Positions 44,006 to 52,868 of a DNA stretch of 64,000 bases are shown in pieces; the first letter of the stretch is position 1; each line of letters opens with the position of its first letter. Made by a program: the position numbers and the translations under genes. Origin of the DNA: an uncultured archaeon. Lineage in GTDB: Archaea; Nanohalarchaeota; Nanosalinia; Nanosalinales; Nanosalinaceae. Where the stretch lies: contig CAYQYU010000001.1 in NCBI GenBank assembly GCA_964421955.1, positions 76,521 through 140,520 of the forward strand, given 5' to 3'. The notes under the pieces were generated by a model. That model was not told the origin of the DNA. It did not search any database and saw nothing but the letters and a program-made list of their open reading frames with translations.

Positions 44006-45274
44006 ATGGCTGACAAACCACACATTAACCTAGTATTCATCGGTCACGTCGACCACGGAAAGTCCACCACTATCGGACGGCTACTGTGGGAGACCGAAAA
44101 CCTACCACAAGAGGAAATGAGGAAGCTAGAGGAAGCAGCGGAAGAAGCAGGTAAAGAGACCTTCTCATTCGCGTTCGCAATGGACAACCTGGAAGAAGAA
44201 CGTGAAAGAGGAGTCACAATCGACCTTGCACACCAGGATTTCACAACTGACAACTACTACTTCACGATCATCGACGCACCTGGACACCGCGACTTCATTA
44301 AAAACATGATTACAGGTGCTTCACAGGCTGACGCCGCAGTTCTAGTTGTCGCGGCAGACGACGGAATTCAGCCACAGACCAAGGAGCACGCCTACCTCGC
44401 AAAGACTCTGGGCATCGACCAGCTCATCGTGGCGGTCAACAAGATGGACCTGGAGGACTACGACGAGGGAGCTTACAACGACCTGAAAGACGAAGTATCC
44501 GAGATGCTCCAGGGCGTAGGATTTGACACATCCAAGATTCCATTCGTACCTGTCTCTTCATTCGAGGGAGAAGGCGTAGTGGAAGAAAGCGACGAGACAG
44601 GATGGTACGACGGACCAACTCTGTACGACGCACTCGACGACCTTGAGGAGCCAGAGAAGGCAGTTGATCTGCCACTCAGGATTCCTGTACAGGACGTCTA
44701 CAAGATTTCCGGTATCGGAGCAGTCTCTGTCGGACGTGTCGAAACCGGAGAGATTTCCCAGGGAGACGACGTAACCTTCAAGCCCGCGGATGTCGGTGGC
44801 GAAGTCAAGACCATCGAGATGCACCACGAGGAAGTTGACTCCGCGGAACCAGGGGATAACATCGGATGGAACACAAGAGGAGTAGGATCTGACGACATCA
44901 AGAAAGGAGACGTCGCAGGACCAGCAGACAACCCTCCAACAGTTGTCGACTCCTTCGAGGCGCAGGTCATCGTCCTCAACCACCCGAACGTCATCTCGGA
45001 AGGTTACACACCGGTATTCCACGTCAACACGGCTCAGGTCTCATGCACATTCACAGACCTGAAGAAGACCATGAACCCGAAGACAGGTGAAACGATCGAG
45101 GAAGAACCTGACTACATTAAACAGGGGCAAGCAGCGATCGTAGAGATTACACCGCAGCAGCCGCTCGTCATCGAGGAGAACGACGACATTCCACAGATGG
45201 CACGGTTCGCAATCAGGGACATGGGACAGACTGTCGGCGCAGGAATGGCCCTCAGCGTCGAAGAGAAGGAATAA
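44006..45274 (+). CDS. tuf: elongation factor 1-alpha (aEF-1A)
   Basis: 422 aa. [17 protein letters not shown] and NKMD. Confidence 0.97.
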   Translation: MADKPHINLVFIGHVDHGKSTTIGRLLWETENLPQEEMRKLEEAAEEAGKETFSFAFAMDNLEEERERGVTIDLAHQDFTTDNYYFTIIDAPGHRDFIKNMITGASQADAAVLVVAADDGIQPQTKEHAYLAKTLGIDQLIVAVNKMDLEDYDEGAYNDLKDEVSEMLQGVGFDTSKIPFVPVSSFEGEGVVEESDETGWYDGPTLYDALDDLEEPEKAVDLPLRIPVQDVYKISGIGAVSVGRVETGEISQGDDVTFKPADVGGEVKTIEMHHEEVDSAEPGDNIGWNTRGVGSDDIKKGDVAGPADNPPTVVDSFEAQVIVLNHPNVISEGYTPVFHVNTAQVSCTFTDLKKTMNPKTGETIEEEPDYIKQGQAAIVEITPQQPLVIEENDDIPQMARFAIRDMGQTVGAGMALSVEEKE

Positions 45275-45326
45275 ACCTCTTCTCATCCTTATTTCTTACT
45301 TTCTCTTTTCCCTCTATCCTAAACCA

Positions 45327-45334
45327 TTTATAAG
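45327..45334 (+). promoter_or_regulatory. candidate TATA box for rps10 (leaderless)
   Basis: TTTATAAG is centred about 27 nt upstream of ATG 45357. No SD. Confidence 0.45.
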
Positions 45335-45356
45335 AGTTAATTTTCATCGTTAGGCT

Positions 45357-45665
45357 ATGCAGAAGGCGCGTGTAAAACTCCGGAGCACTGACCAGGAGAA
45401 GATCGCTGAACTGGCGGATGAAATTGTGGATATCGGGAAGGAGTACAACGCCAAGGTTTCAGGTCCGGTACCTCTCCCTACACAGACGCTCAAGATTCCG
45501 ACCCGGAAAGCTCCTGATGGGGAAGGCTCAGAAACGATCGAGCGGTACGAAATGCATGTTCACAACCGGCTCATCGACATCAAGGAAAGCGAGCGAGCGC
45601 TTCGACAGGTTATGCGTGTCCACGTCCCAGAGGGCGTCGACATCGAAATCGAGCTTACAGAATAA
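45357..45665 (+). CDS. rps10: 30S ribosomal protein S10 (uS10)
   Basis: 102 aa. KARVKL.S.D...L, GPVPLPT and RLIDI. Confidence 0.95.
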   Translation: MQKARVKLRSTDQEKIAELADEIVDIGKEYNAKVSGPVPLPTQTLKIPTRKAPDGEGSETIERYEMHVHNRLIDIKESERALRQVMRVHVPEGVDIEIELTE

Positions 45666-45716
45666 TTTTCTCTGCTGAACCCAATTTTTCTAACAAGTCA
45701 TAGATGATAGTTGAAT

Positions 45717-45739
45717 CGCCGGGACTGGGATTTGAACCC
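45717..45739 (-). repeat. exact 23-nt copy of the tRNA-Ser T-arm/3' acceptor strand
   Basis: CGCCGGGACTGGGATTTGAACCC on the plus strand is identical to 45791..45813. It lies 51 nt downstream of the tRNA in tRNA orientation. Confidence 0.8.
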
Positions 45740-45790
45740 GAAGCTCGCAGAACTGGAGCTTCTACTCTCAAATCCCGACTAGGCGTGAAA

Positions 45791-45879
45791 CGCCGGGACT
45801 GGGATTTGAACCCAGGAGGGCCGTCACGGCCCACCGGTTCTCAAGACCGGCACTTTTAGCCAGACTCAGTCATCCCGGC
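45791..45879 (-). tRNA. tRNA-Ser(TGA)
   Basis: 89 nt. Acceptor GCCGGGA/TCCCGGC, discriminator G. Anticodon arm CCGGT-CTTGAGA-ACCGG. Long variable arm (GGGCCGTGACGGCCC). T-arm CTGGG-TTCAAAT-CCCAG. Confidence 0.9.
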
Positions 45880-45923
45880 AGATTGTAAATCTGCTGTGGA
45901 TACAGAAACTCTTCAGAGTTTCG

Positions 45924-45934
45924 CATCCCGGCAG
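45924..45934 (-). repeat. 11-nt copy of the tRNA-Ser 5' end
   Basis: CATCCCGGCAG on the plus strand repeats 45871..45881. A chance match cannot be excluded at this length. Confidence 0.45.
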
Positions 45935-46033
45935 TAATAGAGCGCTCGGACTATAGAATTTAGCCTGTGGAAAGTTTAAATTAGGGAAGGTATAGCCAAG
46001 AAATTTAGACTTCTAGAACAAAAAAAAATTAAC

Positions 46034-46270
46034 ATGGCAGGACCACATCCATCGAAGATTGAACTCGAGAACGCGAAGGTCTACATCCACAAGAAGGACG
46101 AGGACTCTGGCTCCCAGAACATCCACATCGACGTAGAGCATCCTGAACTCAACGAAGTAATAGAGCCTGGAGAGAATACCTTTGTCGGCGGGAAGAAAGA
46201 TGGAGTCTTCATCGGCCTCAAGAACGAGATGATCGACAGAGCGAAAAACTGGATTGAGAAACACGAATGA
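46034..46270 (+). CDS. hypothetical protein
   Basis: 78-aa ORF downstream of a TATA-like TTTAAATTA. No recognised domain. Confidence 0.4.
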   Translation: MAGPHPSKIELENAKVYIHKKDEDSGSQNIHIDVEHPELNEVIEPGENTFVGGKKDGVFIGLKNEMIDRAKNWIEKHE

Positions 46271-46364
46271 AACTGGTTTTTCGTGAGTTACAGAAACTTC
46301 AAGCTTCAAATGGAGCCGAGAACGCCGGGAAAACGAATAAAACACGCGGGGAGAATCCCGAGAC

Positions 46365-46952
46365 ATGGGCAGCTATATCGAGGAGCTCCAGGAAGACCGG
46401 GAAAAGAAGTCGGAGATCGTCGTGACTGTCGACGGACCTTCGGCCGCCGGAAAAGGAACACTCGCAGAGTTTATAGCAGAGGAGCTCGGAGTCAAACAGT
46501 TCTCCGCCAGCGACGTGTTTTACTCTATCGCAGAGGAACGAGGTCTGAAAGATGTGGAGTTCTCAAGCGAGGCTGAGAAAGAAGTCGATCTAGAGGTTGA
46601 CCGGAAGACTCTGGAACGCGGTCTCAAGAAATCTTGCGTGATCGATGCCCGGATAGCATCCTGGGTGCTTGGAGATTACGCGGACTTCACGATTCACCTG
46701 ACCGCAGATCTCGAAGAACGCACAAGGAGGCTCGCGGAGAGGGAGGGACACGATATCGAAGAGGCCCGGAAAATTTTGGAGGAGCGTGACCAGGAGGACT
46801 CCCGACGGTACCAGAACTACTATGGAATCGATACTGACGACCTTGAGATATACGATCTGATTGTGGACAACACTGATTTGAACATCGAGAAGCAAAACCG
46901 TCTCGTGAAGAAGGTCCTGAAACAGGCCTTCCCAGAAAGATTCGAGGATTGA
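46365..46952 (+). CDS. cmk: cytidylate kinase (archaeal type)
   Basis: 195 aa. P-loop DGPSAAGKGT, and LEVDRKT...RRYQNYYGIDTDDLEIYDLIVDN. Confidence 0.85.
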   Translation: MGSYIEELQEDREKKSEIVVTVDGPSAAGKGTLAEFIAEELGVKQFSASDVFYSIAEERGLKDVEFSSEAEKEVDLEVDRKTLERGLKKSCVIDARIASWVLGDYADFTIHLTADLEERTRRLAEREGHDIEEARKILEERDQEDSRRYQNYYGIDTDDLEIYDLIVDNTDLNIEKQNRLVKKVLKQAFPERFED

Positions 46953-46953
46953 A

Positions 46954-47367
46954 ATGCCGTACGAGATACTTGACCACACCGCCGACGCAAAGTTCCAGGC
47001 CACAGGTCACGATCTGGAAGAAGCATTCTCAGAATCAGTCGAGGCATTCTCAGAAGTTGTTGGCGACGGCGAGGTAGGCAGCGTCAAGCATGAAATCGAG
47101 GTCGAATCCGAGAACCTGGAGGCACTGCTGTTCGACTTCATGGACGAGCTCATCTACCTCCAGGACGTCAATAATGTTATAGTCGGGAGGGCAGAGAACC
47201 TGAAAATTGAGGAACTCAAACCAGGTTACCGGATTACCGCGGACATCTACGTTGACAATATAAGCCCGGGCTGCTCGTACCTCGATATCAAGGGGCCGAC
47301 CTACAACGAGATGAAGATCGAGCACGGCGATCACGAGTGGGTGCTTGAAGTGGTGCTCGACATATAG
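46954..47367 (+). CDS. archease (RtcB activator)
   Basis: 137 aa. N-terminal YEILDHTADAKF. Lies directly upstream of rtcB. Confidence 0.9.
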   Translation: MPYEILDHTADAKFQATGHDLEEAFSESVEAFSEVVGDGEVGSVKHEIEVESENLEALLFDFMDELIYLQDVNNVIVGRAENLKIEELKPGYRITADIYVDNISPGCSYLDIKGPTYNEMKIEHGDHEWVLEVVLDI

Positions 47368-47458
47368 CGTATTACAAAAATATCATTTAAAGCCCTATTA
47401 ATAGATTTTGTATTACAAAATCCAAGTCTTTACAAGTTTTCGGCTCCAGATATAGAAC

Positions 47459-48877
47459 ATGGAACTGAAACAGGTCGACGACAACATCTACGAAATTCCG
47501 CAGGAAGGACAGATGAAAGTGCCTGCCAGAATATACGCATCCGAGAGGCTTCTGGAAGAGATACAGCAGGATAGGACGCTTGAGCAGGTCAAGAATGTCG
47601 CGACGCTTCCAGGCATACAGAAATACTCGATAGTGCTGCCTGACGGCCACCAGGGATACGGATTCCCTATTGGCGGGGTCGCGGCAGTGGACACGGAAAC
47701 GGGCGTCATAAGCCCTGGAGGTATCGGATACGACATCAACTGCGGTGTCCGCGTCCTGAAGACCAGCCTGAAGCTTGAAGATATAAAAGGAAGAGAGCAG
47801 CAGCTCGCCAACATCATGTTCAGCAAGGTTCCAACCGGACTCGGGAAAGGAGGATACATCGATATTGACAGGAACGATCTCCGGGAGATACTTGAGAAAG
47901 GAATGGAATGGATGCTGGAAAACGGTCACGCCCGGGAAAGCGATCTCGAGCACTGCGAGGAGAAAGGCCGCCTTGAAGGCGACGCAGGAAAGGTCCCGGA
48001 CGAGGCGATTGACCGAGGACTCAACCAGCTGGGCTCACTCGGATCGGGAAACCACTTCCTCGAGGTCCAGACAGTATCAGATATCTACAGCCAGAACAAG
48101 GCGGAGGCTTATGGCCTGGAGGAAGACCAGGTGGTCGTTATGATTCATTCCGGCTCCAGAGGTCTCGGGCACCAGACCTGCACCCATTACCTCAGGAAGT
48201 TCGAGAAAAACTACCCGGAAATAGTTGAAGAAATACCTGACAAGGAGCTGATCTACGCCCCTCTAGAAGACGAACTGGCACAGGATTACTGGAATGCCAT
48301 GAATGCGGCCGCAAACTTCGCCTGGGCTAACAGGCAGGCGATGACCCAGGCGGTCCGGGAGGCCCTGGACACTTTATTTGGCGATGTCAAGGTTGACCTG
48401 GTCTATGATGTCTGCCATAACATCGCGAAAAAGGAGATGCATGAAGTCAACGGAGAGCAGAAAGAGCTTCTGGTACACAGGAAAGGAGCAACGAGAGCTA
48501 TGCCTGCAGGGAGACCAGAAGTGCCTGAAGCCTACCAAGACGTGGGACAGCCAGTACTAATTCCAGGCACCATGGGAACCTCATCCTACATTCTCTCGGG
48601 TGGTGAAAACTCCCTGGAAATCTCGTTCGGCTCTACTGCTCACGGCGCAGGAAGACTCAAGTCGAGAACACAGGCCAAGAAAGAGTACCGCGGCGAAAGG
48701 TTACAGAAAGATCTACAGCAGGAAGGAGTGTGCGTCAAGGCAGCCTCAGGCGAGACAGTCGCTGAGGAGGCTCCCGGCGCCTACAAGGATGTCGACGAGG
48801 TCATCCGCGTCTCCGACGAACTCGGGATCGGAAAAAAGGTGGCGAGAATGACTCCGATCGCAAACATTAAGGGCTAG
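47459..48877 (+). CDS. rtcB: RNA-splicing ligase RtcB
   Basis: 472 aa. PDGHQGYGFPIGGVAA, DINCGVR, GSGNHFLE, HSGSRGLGH and HGAGR. Confidence 0.95.
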   Translation: MELKQVDDNIYEIPQEGQMKVPARIYASERLLEEIQQDRTLEQVKNVATLPGIQKYSIVLPDGHQGYGFPIGGVAAVDTETGVISPGGIGYDINCGVRVLKTSLKLEDIKGREQQLANIMFSKVPTGLGKGGYIDIDRNDLREILEKGMEWMLENGHARESDLEHCEEKGRLEGDAGKVPDEAIDRGLNQLGSLGSGNHFLEVQTVSDIYSQNKAEAYGLEEDQVVVMIHSGSRGLGHQTCTHYLRKFEKNYPEIVEEIPDKELIYAPLEDELAQDYWNAMNAAANFAWANRQAMTQAVREALDTLFGDVKVDLVYDVCHNIAKKEMHEVNGEQKELLVHRKGATRAMPAGRPEVPEAYQDVGQPVLIPGTMGTSSYILSGGENSLEISFGSTAHGAGRLKSRTQAKKEYRGERLQKDLQQEGVCVKAASGETVAEEAPGAYKDVDEVIRVSDELGIGKKVARMTPIANIKG

Positions 48878-48908
48878 ATCTATAACTTTCTAGCTACAAT
48901 ACACGCCC

Positions 48909-49520
48909 ATGGACAACAACCAACTTAGATACGTGGTCCGGCAGCTTGGCCAGATGCAAGAAGATTCAGCACTGGAGTTTAGCTACGGCAGTATAAAGAG
49001 AGAAACTACAAAAAACGAAGAACTTGCAGAATACGATCCAGATGAAATAGCAGCAACTATAGTCCCTTCCGATGAAGAAGAGTACCTTTCAATAGGAGGA
49101 CCTAGCCTCCAGGCTAACTTCTATATTACGACAACTCCAAATCCCGTGTTTGAATACAAACTAATCGCGAATGGAAGGAAAGCTGTAGAAGAGACTGTAG
49201 AAGACATAGAATGGAATGCTAAATGCCTTATGGAAGATAGAGAGCTAGGAGAATCTACCATCGCCTGGGATTATGATTTCGACACAACTGTAGATCAAAG
49301 AGAGCACTTTAAACCCGGGGATAACTCTCAACCTGTCAAGTTCAGAACTGATCCTGTATACCACTTAGATCACCTAACTGAGATAGCAGACAGAGCATAC
49401 CGCGCCAGGGAGAGAGTAAGAGAGGAGTTAGACCCCCTAACCCGAGACATCAGCCATATTCTGGATGAACACAGTCAGAACGTTCCCGGCAGATTCCAAG
49501 AACCAGAATCCTGGTGTTAA
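48909..49520 (+). CDS. acidic hypothetical protein
   Basis: 203-aa ORF. No recognised domain. Confidence 0.4.
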   Translation: MDNNQLRYVVRQLGQMQEDSALEFSYGSIKRETTKNEELAEYDPDEIAATIVPSDEEEYLSIGGPSLQANFYITTTPNPVFEYKLIANGRKAVEETVEDIEWNAKCLMEDRELGESTIAWDYDFDTTVDQREHFKPGDNSQPVKFRTDPVYHLDHLTEIADRAYRARERVREELDPLTRDISHILDEHSQNVPGRFQEPESWC

Positions 49521-49563
49521 CTAGCACTTCCCTGACAAAACCTGGACTTACCCCATCGCTCTA

Positions 49564-49571
49564 TTTATAAA
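49564..49571 (+). promoter_or_regulatory. candidate TATA box of the rpl3 operon
   Basis: TTTATAAA predicts a transcription start near 49595 and a leader of about 135 nt before the rpl3 start. Confidence 0.45.
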
Positions 49572-49731
49572 ACTTGGTTGTGACTGTTGAATTACTCTCA
49601 GGCACACTGGAACCACTGGTTCCGGGTTCGCAGAAGCTCCGTCAAGGAGTTTCGAGCGGTTCTTGGGAGACAAGCCTTCGCTTGTGGTGAAGGCCTCTGG
49701 AGCGAGTCAACCGAACAAGAGGTGACTATCT

Positions 49732-50703
49732 ATTTCCGACGTAAACAGACCACGCAGTGGATCGCTAGGGTTCAAGCCCAAGGTACGCGCACAGAGGATC
49801 TATCCAGAGATAGATAACTGGAAGGACGAGGAAGAGATGAAGCCGCTGGGATACGCCGGCTACAAGGTCGGCATGACACGAATCCTGATGATCGACGATA
49901 CCGAAGGAGCGACAAGCGGTCAGGAAGTTGCGACACCAGTAACAGTACTTGAAGCACCACCTCTCCGGATATACGGCGCCCGTTTTTACACCGAAGACCC
50001 TAATTCCGGTAAGCAAGTCTTCACTGAAGCGTGGACTGAATCGCCTTCTCCAGAGCTACAAAGAGCGACCGACATCCCGAAGGAAGGCAACATGGACAAC
50101 TTTGACGCGGCAAAGGAGATTTCCGACGATCTGATTGACGTGAGGCTCCTGGTCCATACCCAGCCATCACAGGCCGGCATTAGCAGGAAGAAGCCGGAGA
50201 ACTTCGAGATCGGTCTCGGAGGAACAGTTGACGAAAAAATTGAATACGCGGAAGAGATGATTGGAAAGGAGATAGAGTTCTCCGACGTTTTCGAGCCAGG
50301 AGAGTACTCCGATGTTGTCGCAGTGACCAAAGGACGTGGTACTGAGGGTCCGATCAAGAGATACGGCATCAAGAGGTTGACCCACAAGACCCAGAAGAAA
50401 CGACGCAAGGCAGGAAACGTTGGCCCATGGCATCCTGACAAGCTATCGTGGAAAGTTCCACTTCCAGGGCAGCAGGGCTACAATAACCGGACGGAGCTGA
50501 ACAAGAGAATCATCGGATACGGAGAGGAGCCTGAAGAAGTACAGCGCGACGGAGGATTCAAGGGCTACGGCGAGGTCAGGTCGAACTACATACTCATTAA
50601 GGGATCAGTTCCCGGCTCTGAGGAGAGACTTGTAAGGCTGAGAACCGCGCTGAGAAAAGACGAAAAACCAGGAGAACCAGAGATAACACACGTTGACAGG
50701 TGA
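49732..50703 (+). CDS. rpl3: 50S ribosomal protein L3 (uL3); probable ATT start
   Basis: uL3 homology (GYAGYKVGMT, TKGRGTEGPIKR, HPDKLSWKVP..GQQGYNNRTE). The conserved N-terminus SDVNRPRSGSLGFKPK is encoded in frame upstream of the first ATG (49837). ATT 49732 lies 6 nt behind GAGGTGA. Confidence 0.9.
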   Translation: MSDVNRPRSGSLGFKPKVRAQRIYPEIDNWKDEEEMKPLGYAGYKVGMTRILMIDDTEGATSGQEVATPVTVLEAPPLRIYGARFYTEDPNSGKQVFTEAWTESPSPELQRATDIPKEGNMDNFDAAKEISDDLIDVRLLVHTQPSQAGISRKKPENFEIGLGGTVDEKIEYAEEMIGKEIEFSDVFEPGEYSDVVAVTKGRGTEGPIKRYGIKRLTHKTQKKRRKAGNVGPWHPDKLSWKVPLPGQQGYNNRTELNKRIIGYGEEPEEVQRDGGFKGYGEVRSNYILIKGSVPGSEERLVRLRTALRKDEKPGEPEITHVDR

Positions 50704-50712
50704 GAACTAAAA

Positions 50713-51471
50713 ATGACCGATCTACCAGACCAGTTCAATGAACGAGTGAGGCCGGACATTATCAAGCGCGCGGTTCTTTCAATCCAGTCGAAGAACCGCC
50801 AGAGCTACGGAAGCGATAGAGAAGCTGGTCTGAAACACATGACCTACTGGAAGAAGAGAAATAACGCATTTAGAAGCCAGAAAGGAAGAGGACAGTCACG
50901 GACGCCCCGGAAGATTGTTAGAAGACAGGGCAGCCAGCTCGTAGGAATAGGTGCAGAGGCTCCGAACACCCGAGGCGGTAGAAGGGCACATCCTCCAAAG
51001 GTAGAAAAGGATTTCGACGAGGAGATCAACGACAAGGAGCGCAGGAAAGCAATCCGTTCCGGAATCGCGGCCTCCAACGATATCGATCTAGTCAGCGAAA
51101 AGCACAGTTACGAGGGCGATCTTCCGCTTGTAGAAGATATCGAGGACATCGAAAAGACCTCGGAGCTTGAGAAGACGCTAGAAGACCTCGGACTCGAGGA
51201 AGAGCTTGAAAGAGTCAGGGAAAAGAATGTTAGAGCCGGCAGAGGAACATCCCGCGGAAGAAAATACCGCAGAAAGGTGGGGCCTCTGCTCGTAGTTGCT
51301 AAAGACGGCGGTATCTTCGACGCCGCATCAAATCTTCCGGGAGTCGATATCTCCCGGGTCGAAAACCTTAACGCAGAGCTTCTCGCACCCGGCACAAAGC
51401 CAGGAAGACTGGTAGTCTGGAGCGAGGAAGCACTGGAAAAACTTGGAGACGAGCAGCTTTTCGTGGATTGA
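50713..51471 (+). CDS. rpl4: 50S ribosomal protein L4 (uL4)
   Basis: 252 aa. RPDIIKRAV...Q.YG and GRRAHPPK. Confidence 0.95.
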   Translation: MTDLPDQFNERVRPDIIKRAVLSIQSKNRQSYGSDREAGLKHMTYWKKRNNAFRSQKGRGQSRTPRKIVRRQGSQLVGIGAEAPNTRGGRRAHPPKVEKDFDEEINDKERRKAIRSGIAASNDIDLVSEKHSYEGDLPLVEDIEDIEKTSELEKTLEDLGLEEELERVREKNVRAGRGTSRGRKYRRKVGPLLVVAKDGGIFDAASNLPGVDISRVENLNAELLAPGTKPGRLVVWSEEALEKLGDEQLFVD

Positions 51472-51477
51472 TAAGAC

Positions 51478-51747
51478 ATGGATGAAGAAAAAGCGTGGAC
51501 GATAATCGAGAACCCTCACCTGACAGAGAAATCGATGGACCAGGTGGACGAGGACAATACCCTGGTAATAATGGTTGACCTCGACGCGAACAAGAACCAG
51601 GTGAAGGACGCGGTCGAGGAGCTGTTCAGTGTCACGGTTATAAAAGTAAACACCGCTATCACTCCACAGGCCAAGAAAAAGGCCTTTGTACGGCTAAGCG
51701 AGTCTGACGACGCAATGGACGTCGCGACACAGCTCGGCATGATGTAG
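51478..51747 (+). CDS. rpl23: 50S ribosomal protein L23 (uL23)
   Basis: 89 aa. NPHLTEKSM and the KKAFVRL motif. Confidence 0.95.
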   Translation: MDEEKAWTIIENPHLTEKSMDQVDEDNTLVIMVDLDANKNQVKDAVEELFSVTVIKVNTAITPQAKKKAFVRLSESDDAMDVATQLGMM

Positions 51748-51758
51748 GTGGAAAAATA

Positions 51759-52481
51759 ATGGGATCTCCAATCAAACAGCAGAGAAGAGGAAAAGGCTCC
51801 CCGACGTTCCGGGCGAACTCGCACCGGGGCAGGGGAGATGTTGAGCACAGGAACGCAGAAACCACAGGCACAGTTCTGGATATAGTCCACGATCCCTCGA
51901 GAACCGCACCAGTTGCGGTAGTGGAGTTCGAAGACGGAGATACCAGGAACGTTCTCGCACCTGAAAACCTCCAGGTAGGGGACGAGATTGAAGTCGGGGT
52001 GTCCGCGGAAATCGAGGAAGGAAACGTTCTGCCTCTAGGAGAGATTCCGGAGGGAGTTCCAATACATAATATCGAGCTACAGCCGAACGACGGCGGGAAA
52101 CTTGTACGAAGCTCTGGAACCTACGCATTTGTCGTGACCCAGGAACAGGACGGCGTAAGAATCAGGCTGCCAAGCAAAAAATTCAAGAAACTTAGGACCG
52201 ACTGCCGCGCGACGATCGGAAAGGTCGCTGCCGGAGGAAGAAAGGACAAGCCGTTCGTTAAGGCAGGAAACAAGTACAAGGCCATGAAGGCACGCGGAAA
52301 GAAATACCCAAAGGTCTCCGCAGTCGCAATGAACGCGGTCGACCACCCGTTCGGAGGTTCTGCAAAGCCGGGACAGCCGAAGACAGTCTCACGCCACGCA
52401 TCGCCGGGTAGCAAGGTAGGCAGCATTTCAGCGAGAAGAACAGGAAACAAGCAGTCCAGCAAAGGTGACAATGATGAGTAA
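51759..52481 (+). CDS. rpl2: 50S ribosomal protein L2 (uL2)
   Basis: 240 aa. QRRGKGSPTFRA, G.IHNIE and MNAVDHPFGG. Confidence 0.97.
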   Translation: MGSPIKQQRRGKGSPTFRANSHRGRGDVEHRNAETTGTVLDIVHDPSRTAPVAVVEFEDGDTRNVLAPENLQVGDEIEVGVSAEIEEGNVLPLGEIPEGVPIHNIELQPNDGGKLVRSSGTYAFVVTQEQDGVRIRLPSKKFKKLRTDCRATIGKVAAGGRKDKPFVKAGNKYKAMKARGKKYPKVSAVAMNAVDHPFGGSAKPGQPKTVSRHASPGSKVGSISARRTGNKQSSKGDNDE

Positions 52482-52857
52482 TGACGATGACTGGAGCTTC
52501 CGCGGTCACACGTTTGACGAACTCCAGGAGATGAGCCTGGACGAGTTTGCGGAGCTTCTGGACTCGAGAGGGCGCAGGAAGATTGAACGTGGATTGAGGC
52601 GACAGGAAAAAAAGATGCTTGAAGATCTTGAAGAAAAGGACAGCGTCAGGACCCACATGAGATCGATGATTGTGGTGCCTGAAATGGTCGGGAAACAGGT
52701 ACACATCTACAACGGCCAGGACTTCGTTCCTGTAGAGATAGAGAAAGACATGATTGGACATTACCTAGGAGAGTTCGCGAAAACCCGGAAGAAAGTCGAG
52801 CACAGCGCACCAGGACTCGGTGCAACACGCTCGTCACAGCACGTACCGCTGAAGTAG
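52465..52857 (+). CDS. rps19: 30S ribosomal protein S19 (uS19)
   Basis: FRGHTFDELQEMSLDEF, V.IYNGQ.F.PVEI and GHYLGEFA. The true start may be ATG 52471 or 52474 rather than GTG 52465. Confidence 0.93.
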   Translation: MTMMSNDDDWSFRGHTFDELQEMSLDEFAELLDSRGRRKIERGLRRQEKKMLEDLEEKDSVRTHMRSMIVVPEMVGKQVHIYNGQDFVPVEIEKDMIGHYLGEFAKTRKKVEHSAPGLGATRSSQHVPLK

Positions 52858-52868
52858 AGGTATCATAT

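Noticed and set aside
45740-45790. A degenerate second tRNA between tRNA-Ser and its downstream fragment.
   Set aside because: The only arm-like hairpin (GAAGCTC-N9-GAGCTTC) has a 9-nt loop. No acceptor or D-arm can be formed on either strand.
49587-49817. 76-aa ORF upstream of rpl3.
   Set aside because: It is in a different frame from the conserved uL3 N-terminal coding sequence that occupies 49732..49836. The peptide has no similarity to anything recognisable.
49723-49837. Alternative explanations for the missing uL3 N-terminus: a frameshift or a split gene.
   Set aside because: The conserved peptide is already in the same frame as the downstream ORF with no interruption. The only obstacle is the lack of a canonical start codon after the in-frame TGA.
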